Source: Kiritimatiellia bacterium
GTDB taxonomy: Bacteria > Verrucomicrobiota > Kiritimatiellia > CAIVKH01
Direction of reading: 5' to 3'
DNA: 64,000 nt
Assembly: GCA_027493775.1 (NCBI GenBank)
Contig: JAOSKE010000001.1
Location: forward strand, 741,651 to 805,650
This document shows positions 10,532 to 23,514 of the stretch, piece by piece (the first letter of the stretch is position 1; each line of letters begins with the position of its first letter). The notes below the pieces were generated by a model. That model was not told where the DNA came from, ran no database searches, and was given only the letters and a program-made list of their open reading frames with translations. A program made the position numbers and the translations under genes.

Positions 10532-12556
10532 TCGCTCCAGGCGCAACTCTTGAACAACCCGTCCGACGCTGCGTGTCCCGCGTCGTTCTGCTCGGAAATC
10601 CGAATGCGGGAAAAACATCGCTCTTCAACATGCTCTCTGGGCTGCGCGCGAAGACGGCGAATTTCCCCGGAACCACGGTTTCGCACCGGATGGCAAAACT
10701 GGAAACGGCGGGGCGCACGGTCCACCTCATAGATTTGCCCGGCTTGTACAGCTTGCAGCCGACAACGCCGGAAGAGCGGGTCGCGGCTGGCGCATTTAAA
10801 GGAGACTCCTCAATCGGCCCAAAGCCCGACGGCGCAATTCTTGTCGTGGACGCGACCAATCTTGAACGAAACCTGTTTCTGGTGAGTCAGGCGCTGGAAC
10901 ATGACACCCCCGACCGTTCTCGCGCTCAACATGATTGATGCCGCGGATGCGGATGGAATCAAAATTGATGTCGCAGGTCTGGCCATCGAACTCGGTTGCC
11001 CGGTGATTCCCGTCAGCGCGCGAACCGGGCGCGGGATTGACGACCTCAAGCGGGCGCTCGACGAAACTCTGGACAACCATACAGCGCGGAATCCGACAAC
11101 ACTACAAGCGGCGATGGCGTGCCACGCCTGCGCCATCTGTCCGTTTCAAAACCGTTACACGTGGACGGAGGGCGTCGCGAAGCGCCACGCAAAATCGAAA
11201 ACCGAAAAGCCGGACAGACACACCGAGGCGATTGACCGGATACTCACCCACCCCGTCGGCGGACTTGCGGCCTTTCTGTCTGTCATGGCGGTGATGTTCT
11301 ATCTGATTTTCCAGCTCGCAACCGTGCCGATGGATTTAATTGACCACCTCTTCGTCACCTTGGGAAGCGTGGTGGCGAAATGGATCCCGGCAGGTGATTT
11401 GCAAAGCCTAGCGGTCAATGGAATCATCGGAGGCGTCGGCGGGATTCTCGTCTTCCTTCCGCAAATCTGCATTCTTTTCTTCTTCCTCGCGCTGTTGGAA
11501 GACACGGGCTATCTCGCGCGCGCGGCATTTGTGATGGAGCGTTTAATGCGCCGAATCGGATTGCCGGGCAAGGCGTTCGTGCCGCTGCTGTCGGCCCACG
11601 CCTGCGCCATTCCGGCAATCATGTCCACGCGGGTCATTGAGGATCGCCGCGACCGATTCATCACCATTTTGATCGCGCCACTGATGTCCTGCTCCGCGCG
11701 TATTCCGGTGTACACCCTGGTCATCGCGCTGCTCTTCCCCCGCCAGCCCGGCCTCGCGGCGTTGACCTTTCTGGGCGCATACGCGGTGGGAATTGGAATG
11801 GGCCTGCTCGCGGCGTTCGTCATGAAGCGAACAATTCTTCCCGGCGAAGCGCGTCCGCTGGTTCTTGAATTGCCGCGGTATCGGATCCCCGGCGTACGCA
11901 CCGCGTTCCTCCACATGTACGATCAGGCGCGCATGTTCATCAAGCAGGCTGGGACGGTGATTCTGCTGATTTCGATTATTCTCTGGGCGCTGGCGACGTA
12001 TCCAAAATCGGAAACGCCGCAAGAGGTTCATGATATGCGCGCGGAAGCCGCGCAGCTCGCCGCCGCTGGTGACACCGACGGGGCCGCGTCGCTTACAAAA
12101 GAGGCAGCGCATCACGAGGATCAATACGCCCTTGCCAACTCCTACGCCGGTCGCCTCGGCCGTTTCTTTGAACCGGCGCTGGCGCCGTTGGGATTCAACT
12201 GGCAGATCGGCATCGGCATTGTGACTTCGTTCGCCGCGCGCGAGGTGATCGTCTCCACCCTCGCCGTGGTCTATGGCGTGGGTTCTGATCGGGCCGAGGA
12301 GGAGCCGAAATCGCTCTATGACAATCTGCGTTCCGCAAAACGCGCCGATGGATCGCCGGTCTTTACGACGGCCACCGCGTTCAGCCTGCTGATTTTCTAC
12401 ATCCTCGCCGCGCAGTGTCTCGCCACCCAGGTCGTCACGCGCAAAGAGACGGGCAGTTGGAAATGGGCCGCGCTGCAACTCGTCTATATGAACGTGTTGG
12501 CCTACGCCGCTTCGTTCGTGATTTATCAAACACTGCGCGCGTGCGGAATATCCTAG
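10528..12556 (+). CDS. feoB: Ferrous iron transport protein B, frameshift near 10905 (C run)
   Basis: GNPNAGKTSLFN, NFPGTTV, DLPGLYSL, NMID, LEDTGYLARAAF, LMSCSARIPVY, FAAREVIVSTL. Confidence 0.95.
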
Positions 12557-12576
12557 CCGGAGAACCTCCAGCAAAC

Positions 12577-15443
12577 TCAGTGCGCGAGCTCGCGCAACTT
12601 TGCTTCGTCGGCGGAGGATATGATTTTTGAATTCGCCAGGGTCTCGCGCGCCAGCGCCGTTGCGGCTGGAGTATCGCCTTTTCGGGCGAGCCAATCTAGT
12701 TGCGCGAAAATCGCGCTGATCAACTCGGGGTTTGCATCCCGCGCAGTTTTAATTTCCTGTCCTGCACGCTCCAAATCGCCCTGTTCAAGAAACGCTCGAC
12801 CGAGCGCCTCGTGGGCGCGGGGATATTGCGGCATGCGCAGAATGGCTTCTGTGGCGGATTGAACAGCCGCATCCAACTCGCCACGTCGGCGCTGAACATT
12901 GGAAAGCTCAACGAGCACGCGGGGCGCACGCTGGCGGGCCAGTTGCTCCTTCAGAACAGCCTCGGCCAGATCCAACCGCCCTCTGGCCCGCAACAAAATC
13001 GCGAGCGCAAAATTTGCATCGTCATTGGTAGGCGCCACGGCAAGTATTTGATTCAACAACCGCTCCACGGAACTCCAGTTCTCCGTCGCCATTTCCAAAT
13101 CCAGCAGACGCTGCATGAGGGGGAAATCACCGGGACGCCGCGCAAGCGCAAGGGCGTAGTATTCGCGTGCGCCGGAAATGTCACCCTGTTGCTGGCGCAT
13201 CCGCCCCATCAGTTCCGAGACGATGGGCCAGTCTTGTCCCAAAAGCTTCATTTGTTTGAAGCTTCGCTCGACGGCGTCCGGACGGCCTTCGCGGAATCCG
13301 GCCAGCGCCGATATGATCCATGCGTCCGCAGAATCCGGGTGCGCGACAAGAAAACGCTCCAGGCGGCGATTTGCTTCGGGCGACTCGCCCTGCTCGAAAA
13401 GTCGCGTGATTATCTCCAAGTCCGGATCACTTTTTTGCGCGACTGCGTTTTCCGCGCCATTTGAGAGCAACTCCACAGCGGCGCGACTGCGTAAATGCCC
13501 ATAACGGACCGCAAGTCGCATCGGGCTGCGCGGCGGCGATCGCTGTAATTCCTCGGCAAGCAAGGTGGATGCGGCTGTGGTGTCCACCGGTTCGTCGGCA
13601 TCCCCGGCCAACACAAGGAGGTTCAACGCCGCGCTCACATTTTGGGGTTCGAAGGAAAGAGCTTTTTCGTACGCGCGGAGCGCTTCAGACGGATGTCCGG
13701 TATATTCCATAAATACTCCAACATCGTTTGCAACATGCGCGACTTGCAGGCGCAATCGCTCGACAAACAATTTACTCGTCGGGAAATTTGTAGAGAGTTG
13801 CGGCAGCGTTTTCTCCACCACATTCCAATAATCAACATTCCGCTGCCAAATCTGCTCCGGATCCAGATCCGAACGTTCCGCAGCGCCGAGGTATGTAATC
13901 CCCATCGGCACCGGCTCCAATCCCTCGATCAGCCAGATGTCCGGTCGGGTTGAAATAGCCAAGCGCTCCACTGCGGTTTCATCCTGCCGCAGCCAGGCTG
14001 AAATCAGCGGGCTGATCCCGGCCAATGCAAGACTTTGAAAACGCGGATCGTCAAATAAAGAGGAAACATACCGGCGATAGGTGAAGGCCTCGGCCTGATG
14101 CAAATTCACGTAGTTGAATTTCGCGCCGCGCCGAAACGCCTCCAGTTGCAGAAGGTCTTCCATCAAACCATCGCCCACCCACAAGGTGCGCCCGGACGCC
14201 AGGCCCAGTGTGGCGCGCGTCAGCGTGGCAGCGGCGGAGGCGGCGGATTTGGTATTGGCAGTCGGCAGATTTCTGGCCCCGACTGCGACAAATAAAATTA
14301 GGGTGCCGACGAGGAGGACAGGAAAAAACGAGCGACGCTTTCTCAGACTCCGCGTTCGAGACGCCACTCGCGCTTCATTGATCAGAGAAAATCGCGCGAT
14401 CAACAGGCCCAAGGAGTATGCGACGAGGAGATAGGGCGTGACCAGCAGGGGCGTTGTCCCCAAGACGCGCCACGGGGAGATTATTCCGTTGAAAAGAATC
14501 GTTAATAAAATACCGAAGAGCACGAGATAGAAAAGCAACATCCGCGCATTGGCTTCTTCGCGCCGTTGCGACAGCCAAAGAACGGCCCACGGCACGGTCG
14601 TCCCCACGAACAATAGCAGCCAGCCGTGGCGCGGCACGCTGGAAAGAACCAGTCGCTTCCGGTCCAACAAAAAGGTCTTCAGGACATCCCAGTAGGATGT
14701 CGCCTCGCGCCAGGTCGCCGCAGAAAGGTGATAATACTCTCGAACAGCGAGCAGGAAAAGAGAGGCGCCTAGAAGGCCGAGCAGCAAAGTGGGAGCCCCA
14801 GACGCGCGGGGTTAGCTGCCGCATTAAGAAGGACTGGTAAAACACGTAGCACGCGATCAATGGGAGAAATATCGCGAATGTGGCCACTTCCGCCAAGCCC
14901 ACGCCATAAGCGAACGCAAACGCAAAAAGCCAGGCCGGCCGGGTGGTGATGCGGTAACGCTGAAGAAGAAACAAGCTGCCGATAAGGAGAAGGAGGTCGA
15001 ACGAGGCAGGGTGAGCGCGGTTGGAAACAAGCCAAACCGGAATGCTGGTCATCAGGAATCCCGCCCCCGCCCCCGCTGCGAGTATTTTGATCCAAGGATT
15101 GCTCTGGGCCGTCGCCTTCTGAACGGACCCCGGACAGTAGCATCAGATATACGAGCGCAACACTTCCTGCGCCACACACGGCGCTAAAGAGATTCAGCGA
15201 GCGCGCAAAATGTGCCGGGGTCAGATGCGCAAGCGAGCGCGCAATCCACGACCACACCGGATATTCCATCGAAGGGAACGGCGCAATGTGGAGCATCTGC
15301 ACCAACCAGGAAGCGCTGATCTCAGGATCCACCTGAGACGAACCTGTGACAACAAATAGAGCAAGCGCCCCAAGCGACAAAATGACCGCAATCAGGCGCG
15401 CGCTTTGCTCAGCCTTTGAAGACAAGGTATTTTCGGCAGACAT
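12577..15443 (-). CDS. Multi-pass membrane protein with C-terminal TPR repeats (glycosyltransferase-like N-terminus); 2 frameshifts
   Basis: Three overlapping ORFs (14769-15443, 14375-15052, 12577-14787) join into a TM-rich N-terminus followed by TPR-like helices (EALRAYEKALSFEPQN). Confidence 0.65.
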
Positions 15444-15903
15444 AATTAATCAACAACGCTGCAATTAACTTCCCAATATACGAAAAAGTCGTACTGAAGT
15501 GAAGGAATCGAATCATCGCCCACCCGAGAAAAGTTCCCACACAAACACTCGCGCCCGATACGGCATAGAACAACGCCATTTCGACGGCCCAGTGATAGCG
15601 GCCCGGCTCGAAGACCCAGAAAATATTAATCAGGTAGGCCGTCAAATTTGAAAAAATAAAGGCCAGCGCGGTGCAAATGACAAAGCGGCGGGAGCGCTCA
15701 GCTTCTTCGACATGCTCAACGGAGAGGTGCAGGCGGGTCACAAGGGGGTCATTTTCGCGCAACGCGGGAAATATCCGCCACGCGAGGAAAAAGAAAATGA
15801 CCATGTCCACAGCGGTGGCGACGCCGCCGGCAATGGCGTATTTCAGAAACTGCACGAACGGACCCGCATCGCGTTGTAGGAACTGTTGAAGAAATTCCTG
15901 CAT
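15409..15903 (-). CDS. GtrA-family membrane protein
   Basis: QFLKYAIAGGVATAVD...NIFWVF...INYVCRKYLVFK. Confidence 0.85.
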   Translation of the reverse strand: MQEFLQQFLQRDAGPFVQFLKYAIAGGVATAVDMVIFFFLAWRIFPALRENDPLVTRLHLSVEHVEEAERSRRFVICTALAFIFSNLTAYLINIFWVFEPGRYHWAVEMALFYAVSGASVCVGTFLGWAMIRFLHFSTTFSYIGKLIAALLINYVCRKYLVFKG

Positions 15904-15915
15904 AAATCGAAGGGC

Positions 15916-18082
15916 CTATTCGCGGTTGATCAGCTCAAGGAGTTCAGCCGGAAGCGGCTGGACGGAAGCTAGGATCGCCTGCGTCTCGCCATGCTCGGAA
16001 GGCACGGTCAAACGCTCTCCGGCTGTGTGCCCGATCAGTGTCTCCGCCATTCGAGAGTTAGACGAAATGATGCCGTGTTCGGGATCGCCATCCCAAACGC
16101 CGAGGATGGAGTAGGTCTCCTTCTTACCATCGCCATATTCGAGCGTAACCACGGTACCCAGCCCCGCCTTGTCGAACGGGAGCTCGCGGAAATCGCTCGG
16201 GGCGACGCGATGCAGATCGGCCATCAGTTCGTCGCGCCGACGGAAGAGAATCGTCTGCGCCTCTTTTGCTGCCTTGTATTCATGGTTTTCGCGCAAATCG
16301 CCGTAGCTGCGCGCAAGGGCAATGTCTTTTGCAACCTGTGGAATTTCGACATTGATGATGCGATCCAGCAAATGCTGGCGTTCGCGGTAGCTCCGATGCG
16401 ATGTGATCGGCCCGCGTGACGCAACCGGCTGATCATCGCGAGCCGCAAGCAACGGGGCGAGATCCGGAGAGTTCTTCACCATGTGTCCCAGCACGGATGC
16501 GCGGTCAAGGGCGGGCCACCCGGTGGACTCCTTAATGCGCAACAGCAGGTGCTCCAGCTCGGGCCGGGATAACCGGCTCATCAAATCCTTGAGCCATTCC
16601 CGCTTTGAGAACCGTTCGCGGAGCTGGTTCTGCGCCTTCAGGCGTTCGCCGCTCGCCTCCTGTTCGGCCGCCTCCACCATAAGCTGCGCCATCAGGGCAA
16701 TCGAGCCAAGCTTCCACTCTTCGCACTTTTCAACATGGCGTCCAAGCCAGCTCAACAATTCCAATGAAGGCGTCCGAGCGTCAAAGGCGTGTTTGAAGAT
16801 TTTTGCGGCTTCCTGCTCGTAATTTGTTTCCTGGAGAAACAGCATGGCCTCGTTGAGAATCCCTATTTCGGAACCGCTCCAAACGCGCAAGCAGCAACGC
16901 CTGCACTGCTTCCTGATTTCTGCCGTACAGATAGTGCAGAAATAAACGCAGCGGGCGTGAGGGCAGTTGCTTGATCGTCTCGTCAAACACGCGGCCTTGG
17001 AAGAAATCAGGAACCCGCGCGCCATCCAGTTTCGCATCAAGTCCAAGCTCACTGGCCGCCATCGCCAGCCGCGCCGGGGTGGCGAAATCCACGCTGGTCG
17101 CGCCTTTTAATCCGAACGCGAGGCGATCAAGCAATACGCGTTGCTGCGTCTCGGTGAACTCCTGCTCCGCTTTCCGTCCGGCAAGCTCTTCGAGAGCAGT
17201 AACGATCTTGGGAAGGCTCCGCTCGCGGGCCAGCGTGTCGAACCACTGGTCTTCCTGGGACTGGGAGCCGTCCTGAATGTGCAGGGGTTCGGAACGGCTC
17301 GCGGGGACGTAAATGGACGGATCCGCCTTGAGTTTTTTGCGCGCGGCTTCCCAAAACTTTTTCCAATCGCTCTCGTTGACAATTCCAGCGACAAGCGCGG
17401 CTTGAAGCTGGGCAACAGTCAATGGCCCCAAACTGCGCAACGCCATGCGAACCACTTCCGCCGGATTGTCCCTCACCAATACGCGAAGTTCTTCGGCTCG
17501 TTTGCGCTTCCACATCAAGAGATGGTCTTCGCCGACCGGCGACAGGCTCTCACCCGCATAGCTGAGCGACATCAGATGGCCAACGCGACGATCAAAATCT
17601 ATTTCTACCTTCTTGTTGAAACTATCCACGCGATTGACAACGCCGAGTCCCCACGTGCGGTCATAAACCAACACGCCCTCTTTCAGGCTCAGCAACATAC
17701 GCAAGCGGCGCACCGCCTCCGCCGGAGCGCCGGGGCGGGAAAAGCCAGCTTCGTCAACCAGCGCCTTTTCGGCCCACTCGCCCCCTAGGATATCCAGCGC
17801 TTCCTCCGTCCAGTTAATATCTTTCTTCCGGTCCAGCGCTGCCCATCGGGCGCGGAGATGCAATGCCTCCAGCGCCTCATCGGTTTTCTTGCGTTCAGCA
17901 AGCGTGTCCTGCAACAGCTCAACGCGTTGCTCCGCCTGCGCCGCATGTCCTCCATTGCGGAGTGCGCGCAGCGCTGCAAGCAGCAACGGCACATCTATGC
18001 GCGATTTTCCGATTTGGGCGAGAAACCATTCTTCGGTTTGACTTTCAGCGGACGGGATATCTTTTGTTTGTGATTCAGACAT
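15916..18082 (-). CDS. greA: Long GreA/GreB-domain transcription elongation factor; frameshift near 16875
   Basis: C-terminal IALARSYGDLRENHEYKAAKE...GLGTVVTL...YSILG...IISSNSRMAETLIG behind a long (about 550 aa) helical N-terminal region. Confidence 0.8.
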
Positions 18083-18189
18083 TGTGGGCAGCCCCTTCAA
18101 AGAGCAAGTAGCATAGAGTTTCGTGAAGCTGACTCAAGCATTGATGCACAGACTGTGCAAATCAGTGCGAACCCGATATGTTCCCACCC

Positions 18190-19055
18190 ATGTCAACACC
18201 ACGAGTCCTCACTGTACGCCAAGTTGAACGAGGCACAAGCCTTGAACAATTCCTCATTATGCGCCTCGGCGTATCCCGCAAACAGGCCAAACGAATGCTG
18301 GACGAGCGCCGCGTCTTTGTGAACGGAAAACGAATCTGGATGGCCCGCCATGAATTGCGCTCGGGCGACGAAGTGGAGACGCCCCCGCGCCCGGCTCGAA
18401 ACCCGCCTCGCCCCGCCCCGCCACCCTTCGTGTCATCTATGAGGACTCACTCATTTTCGTAGTGGACAAACCCGCTGGCCTGCTGAGTACCGGCCCCGAT
18501 AGCGTTGAATCGCGCCTTCGCGCAATGCATCCGGAAATTTTACCCGTACACCGACTGGACCGCGAAACCAGCGGCTGCCTCATGTTCGCCCGAACTCCGG
18601 AAAGTCAGGCGACAATGGAAAAGGAATTTGAAGGGCGGCGTGTTGAAAAAGTGTACCAAGCAATTGCGATTGGACTCTTCCCCCCCACCCTCACCAAGCT
18701 GGAACGACCGGTCGGCGGACTCACCGCGCTCACCGAATTTCGCATCGTGCGTCGCAACCCCGTCGCATCTCATATTGAAGCCCGACCCCGCACCGGTCGA
18801 ACTCATCAAATTCGCGTGCATCTCCAACAAGCGGGGTTTCCACTCGCCGGTGATCGAATGCACTCCACGCGCGCCGTGAAGGACGAATTGATTCGGCAGC
18901 TTCCGCGTCAAATGCTTCACGCGTGGCGACTGTCCTGGAACGACCCCGTCAGTGGAGAACGGAAGAAAGCGCAGGCCACGCCTCCAGTAGATTTTCGCGA
19001 CACCCTCGTCGCGTTGCGGCTCGCGCCCCTGCCTAAACGCGGTGGCGGAAGGTGA
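18190..19055 (+). CDS. RluA-family pseudouridine synthase with S4 domain; frameshift near 18400
   Basis: S4-like [56 protein letters not shown]. Confidence 0.92.
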
Positions 19056-19260
19056 TTCGACCCTTGGTCAAATCATAGGGCGACATTTCAATCTTCACAC
19101 GGTCGCCATTGGTAATTTTGATGAAGTGTTTGCGCATTTTTCCCGAAATGTGCGCAAGAATTTCGTGACCGCTCGCCAACTTCACGCGATACATCGTCGC
19201 GGGCAATACCTTCGTCACCGTCCCATCCACTTCAATAATGTCTTCTTTTCCGCCAGCCAT
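19033..19260 (-). CDS. infA: Translation initiation factor IF-1
   Basis: [24 protein letters not shown]...[14 protein letters not shown]...[14 protein letters not shown]. Confidence 0.97.
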   Translation of the reverse strand: MAGGKEDIIEVDGTVTKVLPATMYRVKLASGHEILAHISGKMRKHFIKITNGDRVKIEMSPYDLTKGRITFRHRV

Positions 19261-19402
19261 AGTTTCCTTTACGTTTTTTCAAACAACCGCGCACCATAGA
19301 CTCCCCCACCCACAAAGCGCAAGCGGTATGCACGGATTATTTGTGATCTCCAAGGTATCGGATTTTGCCATTCCTGAACTAAAATATTGCGATGGTTTCT
19401 CC

Positions 19403-19464
19403 GTAGCCGTCCGCGCTGAAGGCGGCGGGTGAACCAAGCCCGCGCGGTCAACACGGGCGACTAC
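19403..19464. repeat. GTAG-type REP doublet (REPIN-like imperfect inverted repeat)
   Basis: GTAGCCGTCCGCGCTGA...GCGGG-tgaaccaag-CCCGC...TCAACACGGGCGACTAC; arms pair from GTAG to CTAC. Confidence 0.5.
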
Positions 19465-19694
19465 AGAAAACGACCCCTATCGCGCTCTATTGCCAGATAA
19501 ACATCTCATCATTTCCAACTACGGTTTTAACTGATAAACGCCTACTACCTGTGGTTCGTCCCCGACTCCAAGGTTCGCGCCATAAAATACAACAAGAGCG
19601 CCCGGTCACACGGCTGCTTGACTCACCCAAACGAACCGCTAGTATCGCCGACCAACGAACTCACATTTCGCCGCGTCTCACAGGATTCGCAATC

Positions 19695-20318
19695 ATGTCA
19701 AACACACCCCCACACAACCGCGCGGCGCGCTGGCGAATCAATCTCTCGCGCCTCGTCGCCATCGCGCTCCTAGTCCCCGCGCTTTTTACAGAAAGTCGCA
19801 TGGAATTGCATCCGATGGTTGAAGGTCTCCTGTTCCTTACGGGATGCGGATTTGTCGCGCTCGCAACCGTCGGCCGGCTTTGGTGCTCGCTCTACATCTG
19901 CGGCTATAAGACAAACAATCTGATCGCGGTCGGCCCCTATTCCCTTTCGCGAAATCCCCTTTATGTCCTCAGCCTGATCGGCGCAGTCGGTGTGGGCATG
20001 ACGACGGAAACGCTCACCATTTCTGCGCTCATTCTGCTCGCCTTTGCGATCTATTATCCCTCGGTCATCCGCTACGAGGAATCCGTGTTACGCGCTAGGC
20101 ACCCGGAAGAGTTCGCACGCTATTGCGCAGAGGTGCCGCGCTTCTGGCCGCAGCCCTTCCGCTTCTTTGTCGAACCGGCGGTGTATGAGGTGAAACCGCG
20201 CGCCTTCCGCAAAGCGATGGGTAGCGCGATCTGGTTTGTGATCTTGGTCGGCGTCTTGGAATTGGCCGAATCTTTGCGCGAAGCGCACATCATTCCGACG
20301 TGGTTTCAGCTCTGGTAA
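19695..20318 (+). CDS. Isoprenylcysteine carboxylmethyltransferase/PEMT-family membrane protein
   Basis: LIAVGPYSLSRNPLY...EESVL...YCAEVPRFWP. Confidence 0.88.
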   Translation: MSNTPPHNRAARWRINLSRLVAIALLVPALFTESRMELHPMVEGLLFLTGCGFVALATVGRLWCSLYICGYKTNNLIAVGPYSLSRNPLYVLSLIGAVGVGMTTETLTISALILLAFAIYYPSVIRYEESVLRARHPEEFARYCAEVPRFWPQPFRFFVEPAVYEVKPRAFRKAMGSAIWFVILVGVLELAESLREAHIIPTWFQLW

Positions 20319-20348
20319 TTACTTAACGCGGGTACACCCGCCTCCATC

Positions 20349-21960
20349 ATGAACACCGAGTTGCTCAACCGACCTGTTCCTTGGCACCTTCTCCTTCTGC
20401 TCGCTCTGCTCCTTTGGGGCGGCGAATACGTTCAGCGCCAACTTTGGGCGCCTGATGAGGCGCGCTATGCGCTAATCTCGCGCGAAATGCGGCAGGACTC
20501 GCACTGGCTCGTTCCGTTTCGACAGGGCGAATTCTATTCTCACAAGCCTCCGCTTATCTTTTGGCTGACCAATGCAGGCGTTGCGGCGGGACTGCCGGAG
20601 CGCGTCGCCGCGCGCGTGCCGAGCTTTCTCGGTGCGCTCATGGCGCTGTGGGCAATCACGCGCCTTGCTGTGCGCTGGTTCGATGTGCGCACGAGCTGGT
20701 GGGTCGCCCTGCTCCTTCCGACCTCTTTTCTCTTTTGGAACAAAGGCGGATTCGGCCAAATTGATGCCTTGTTGTTGGGTCTGGAAATGATGGGGCTATT
20801 CTTGCTCTTCACCTCCGATCCGACCAAGAGCGCACGCCGCATACCCGCGTATCTTTTTTTTGGCCTAGCCGTTCTCGCCAAGGGCCCGGTGGGACTGCTC
20901 ATTCCGATGGCGGTTTATGCCTCAGCCTCCTTCGCCGCCAACGAAGGCGTGCGCACGCGAGGCTGGCACTGGATTTGGGGCCCGTTGCTGGCGTTGGCTG
21001 TTCCCGGGCTTTGGCTCGCCGCCGCGTGGTGGCAGGGCGCACCGGATGGATTCTTTCGCGAGTTATTATTCAAACAAAATATCGGACGCGTCACCGGCGA
21101 ATTCGGCGGACACACCCAATCGTGGTACTACTACCTGCTCCACTTCCCGCTGGATTTTCTTCCGTGGACCCTCCTGCTGCCGCTCGCCGCGCTGGCGCTC
21201 CTGCGATGCGACAAAGATACGAAGGAATTTCGCCGACTCATCACGTGGATCGGAACCGTGATCATTCTCTTCAGCCTCAGTTCAAGCAAACGCAATCTCT
21301 ACATCCTCCTCGCCCACCCCGCCGCCGCACTGCTCATTGCAGCAAGCATTCCACATTGGTCGCTCGCCTCGGCAGCGCTGCTCCGGCGCAGCCGCATCAT
21401 CCTGCTCGCCTTCTTCGCCCTGCTTCCGGCAGGGCTGATCGCAATCGTATTCATTCCCCAGGTGCATATGCCGTGGTGGGCCAGCGCAGTGCCCGCGCTC
21501 GCGTCCCTTGCGGGTCTGATAATCGCCCTTCGCGCCACGCTGAAAAGTCCGGATTCGCCGCGCTGGCTCGCGTCGCTCGCCCTCGCCGTGTTGTTCACCT
21601 TCGCCAGCGTCGGCGCGATGATCTATCCGCAAATCAACGCGAAGAAAACGCCGCACGAAATCGAGCCCCATCGCCGCGCGCGTCCTCCAACCCGGCCAGT
21701 ATTTGATTTTATACAAACAGCAGGGCGAAATCGAAGCGCTCTATGCAAATCGGCCAGGCCGGATGGCGGACACGAAAGACGAGTTGCTTGAGCTGCTCGC
21801 CGCACAGCCCGCAAACCTCATCTTGGCAGATGCCAAGAATCTCGACATAGTGCTCTCCATCGTTGGCCCCGACCATCCGCATGGCTTTTTTGAGTACGGC
21901 GAGAAGAAACGGGTCTGGATCGAAATTGCGCCACCCCACATTTCCAACCCTTGGAAGTAG
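20349..21960 (+). CDS. ArnT/PMT (GT39-like) glycosyltransferase; frameshift near 21670
   Basis: PDEARYALISREM, KPPLIFW, LAKGPVG, SKRNLYIL. Confidence 0.85.
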
Positions 21961-21990
21961 TCCGCGAAAGTATTTCCAACCCTTGGAACT
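21941..21990. repeat. Two further TTCCAACCCTTGGAA palindromes
   Basis: Same unit and about 32 bp spacing as 4930-5046; the first overlaps the end of the ArnT-like gene (SNPWK*). Confidence 0.75.
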
Positions 21991-22048
21991 TTTGCCCGAC
22001 AAAATGCAGTCAGCGAAAAGGCGAAAAAATCAGGAGAAATGGAAAAAT

Positions 22049-22076
22049 GGGGTCAGATAGCATGAAAGGCGGTTAG
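22049..22076 (+). repeat. Family-2 GGGGTC end marking the left border of the accessory island
   Basis: GGGGTCAGATAGCATGAAAGGCGGTTAG is the exact reverse complement of 36862-36889 and 59560-59587. Confidence 0.85.
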
Positions 22077-22176
22077 ATCTCCGTATTGACGGATATCGGT
22101 TTTTCTTCGCGCAATATGATGTTAGCGCCCCGCCCCTTCCCGGAGCGCGAGGGGGTCGGATGGATGTTCAGATGCC

Positions 22177-22967
22177 CTACTCGTTCTTGGCGTCGAAACC
22201 AAAGGTCCACGTCAACCCTGCCGTTGCAATGAAGTCCGGGGCATCGCCCTTGAGCTTCGATCCACCGGCAATATCGATCATGAGGCTTTCCACAGGAGTC
22301 CAGCGAAAGCCGGTGTTGTACTGCACGACCGTGTCGGCGCCGCCGGTTGTTTCCCGCTCGGCAAACACCTCGCCCACCCACTGCACGGCGTCCAGCGCCT
22401 GATAGTCAAGCGCCACGCCGTAATGGAAGACGTCCTCGTCCGGGCCGCCGATCCACGAATAGCCGACATTGAGATGTGCGCTCGCGCTTTCTCCGAGGGA
22501 ACGCGAGGCGATCCAGGACAGGTCGTAGTCCGTCTCGCCGCTTCCAAATCCCTTGTCCTCATCCGCAGTCGGGAACTTCACCGACGCGGCAAGAGCGTGC
22601 CGCGCGCCAAGCGGACAGGAATCGATGAACCGCCATTTCGCGCCGAGGGTCAAATCGCCGATGCTGCTTTCGCGGCGTGACACCTCCGCGCCGGCGTCAT
22701 CAAGCGCCTCCATTCGCCTCTCGAACTGCCCGCCAAAGCCCACGCCCGCCTCGACGTTGGGAGCCACGCCATACGCCAGACCGAACGGCATATCCCAATG
22801 CTTGTAGCCGGAATCGCGCTCGTAGGCGGCTCCCGCCTCGAACTCAAATTGCCCAACATCCACGGGGTCTGCATCGTCAATCGCCAGGGGCCGCCCGGCA
22901 AAGGCAACGCCCGCGCACGCCAACACACCCACATGACCGCCACACAAAACATTCTCTTTTCGTTCAC
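22177..22967 (-). CDS. Putative outer-membrane beta-barrel (transporter/MetA-pathway-like); frameshift in the signal region
   Basis: RPLAIDDADPVDVGQFEFEAG..., alternating beta-strand pattern, C-terminal AGLTWTF; GTG at 22967 with GAGG upstream. Confidence 0.65.
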
Positions 22968-23014
22968 TCGCAATCCTCGCTCCGCTTTTCTCGCCCGTTT
23001 CACACGGACATGGC

Positions 23015-23041
23015 GTAATACGTATCAAGGAAACGTAATAT
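23015..23041. promoter_or_regulatory. Putative NikR operator
   Basis: GTAATAC-N13-GTAATAT, one mismatch per half from a GTATTAC-N13-GTAATAC dyad; lies between nikR and the barrel gene. Confidence 0.5.
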
Positions 23042-23072
23042 TCTGCAAGCAGAATGGCCGGACCGGCGGCGC

Positions 23073-23486
23073 TCAGGAAAGCCGCTCGCCGGTCGTTGCG
23101 GCGGCAAGCGAAACGTGCTTCAACCCCTTCACCGCCTTGAGCCGCGTGAGCATGCGCCCGATCTCGCGGGGCGCACCCCGAACCGCGAGGATTTCCAAAC
23201 AGTTGTCGTGGTCCAGATGAATATGTTGAGTTGAAATGATGGCCTTGTGGCAATCGTGCTGAACCTCCGTCAGCGTCTTCACAATGTCCCGCTTGTGATG
23301 ATCGTAGACCATGACAATCGCGCCCGCCACCTCGTCACCCGCCTGCCATTCCTGCTGCACGAGACACGCACGAATCAAATCGCCAACGGCCTTTGATCGT
23401 GTGGGGCAGCGGTCAGCCCGAATCTTGGCGTCAAACCGCCGAACCAGTGCCGCATCGAGCGATATGCTGAAACGTGTTAACGACAT
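23073..23486 (-). CDS. nikR: Nickel-responsive regulator
   Basis: Ribbon-helix-helix N-terminus LTRFSISLD...RSKAVGDLIR; Ni site YDHH...STQHIHLDHDNCLEI. Confidence 0.93.
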   Translation of the reverse strand: MSLTRFSISLDAALVRRFDAKIRADRCPTRSKAVGDLIRACLVQQEWQAGDEVAGAIVMVYDHHKRDIVKTLTEVQHDCHKAIISTQHIHLDHDNCLEILAVRGAPREIGRMLTRLKAVKGLKHVSLAAATTGERLS

Positions 23487-23514
23487 GCTGCTGCTCCCTT
23501 CGCTACGGGCGGGA

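Noticed and set aside
8512..12694. Long antisense ORFs (8512-9636, 11543-12694; also 39698-40708, 50280-51542, 56098-57021)
   Set aside because: Shadows of well-supported genes on the opposite strand in GC-rich DNA
19261..19694. tRNA or ncRNA in the long infA intergenic region
   Set aside because: No cloverleaf or known RNA motif found; only a REP-like doublet
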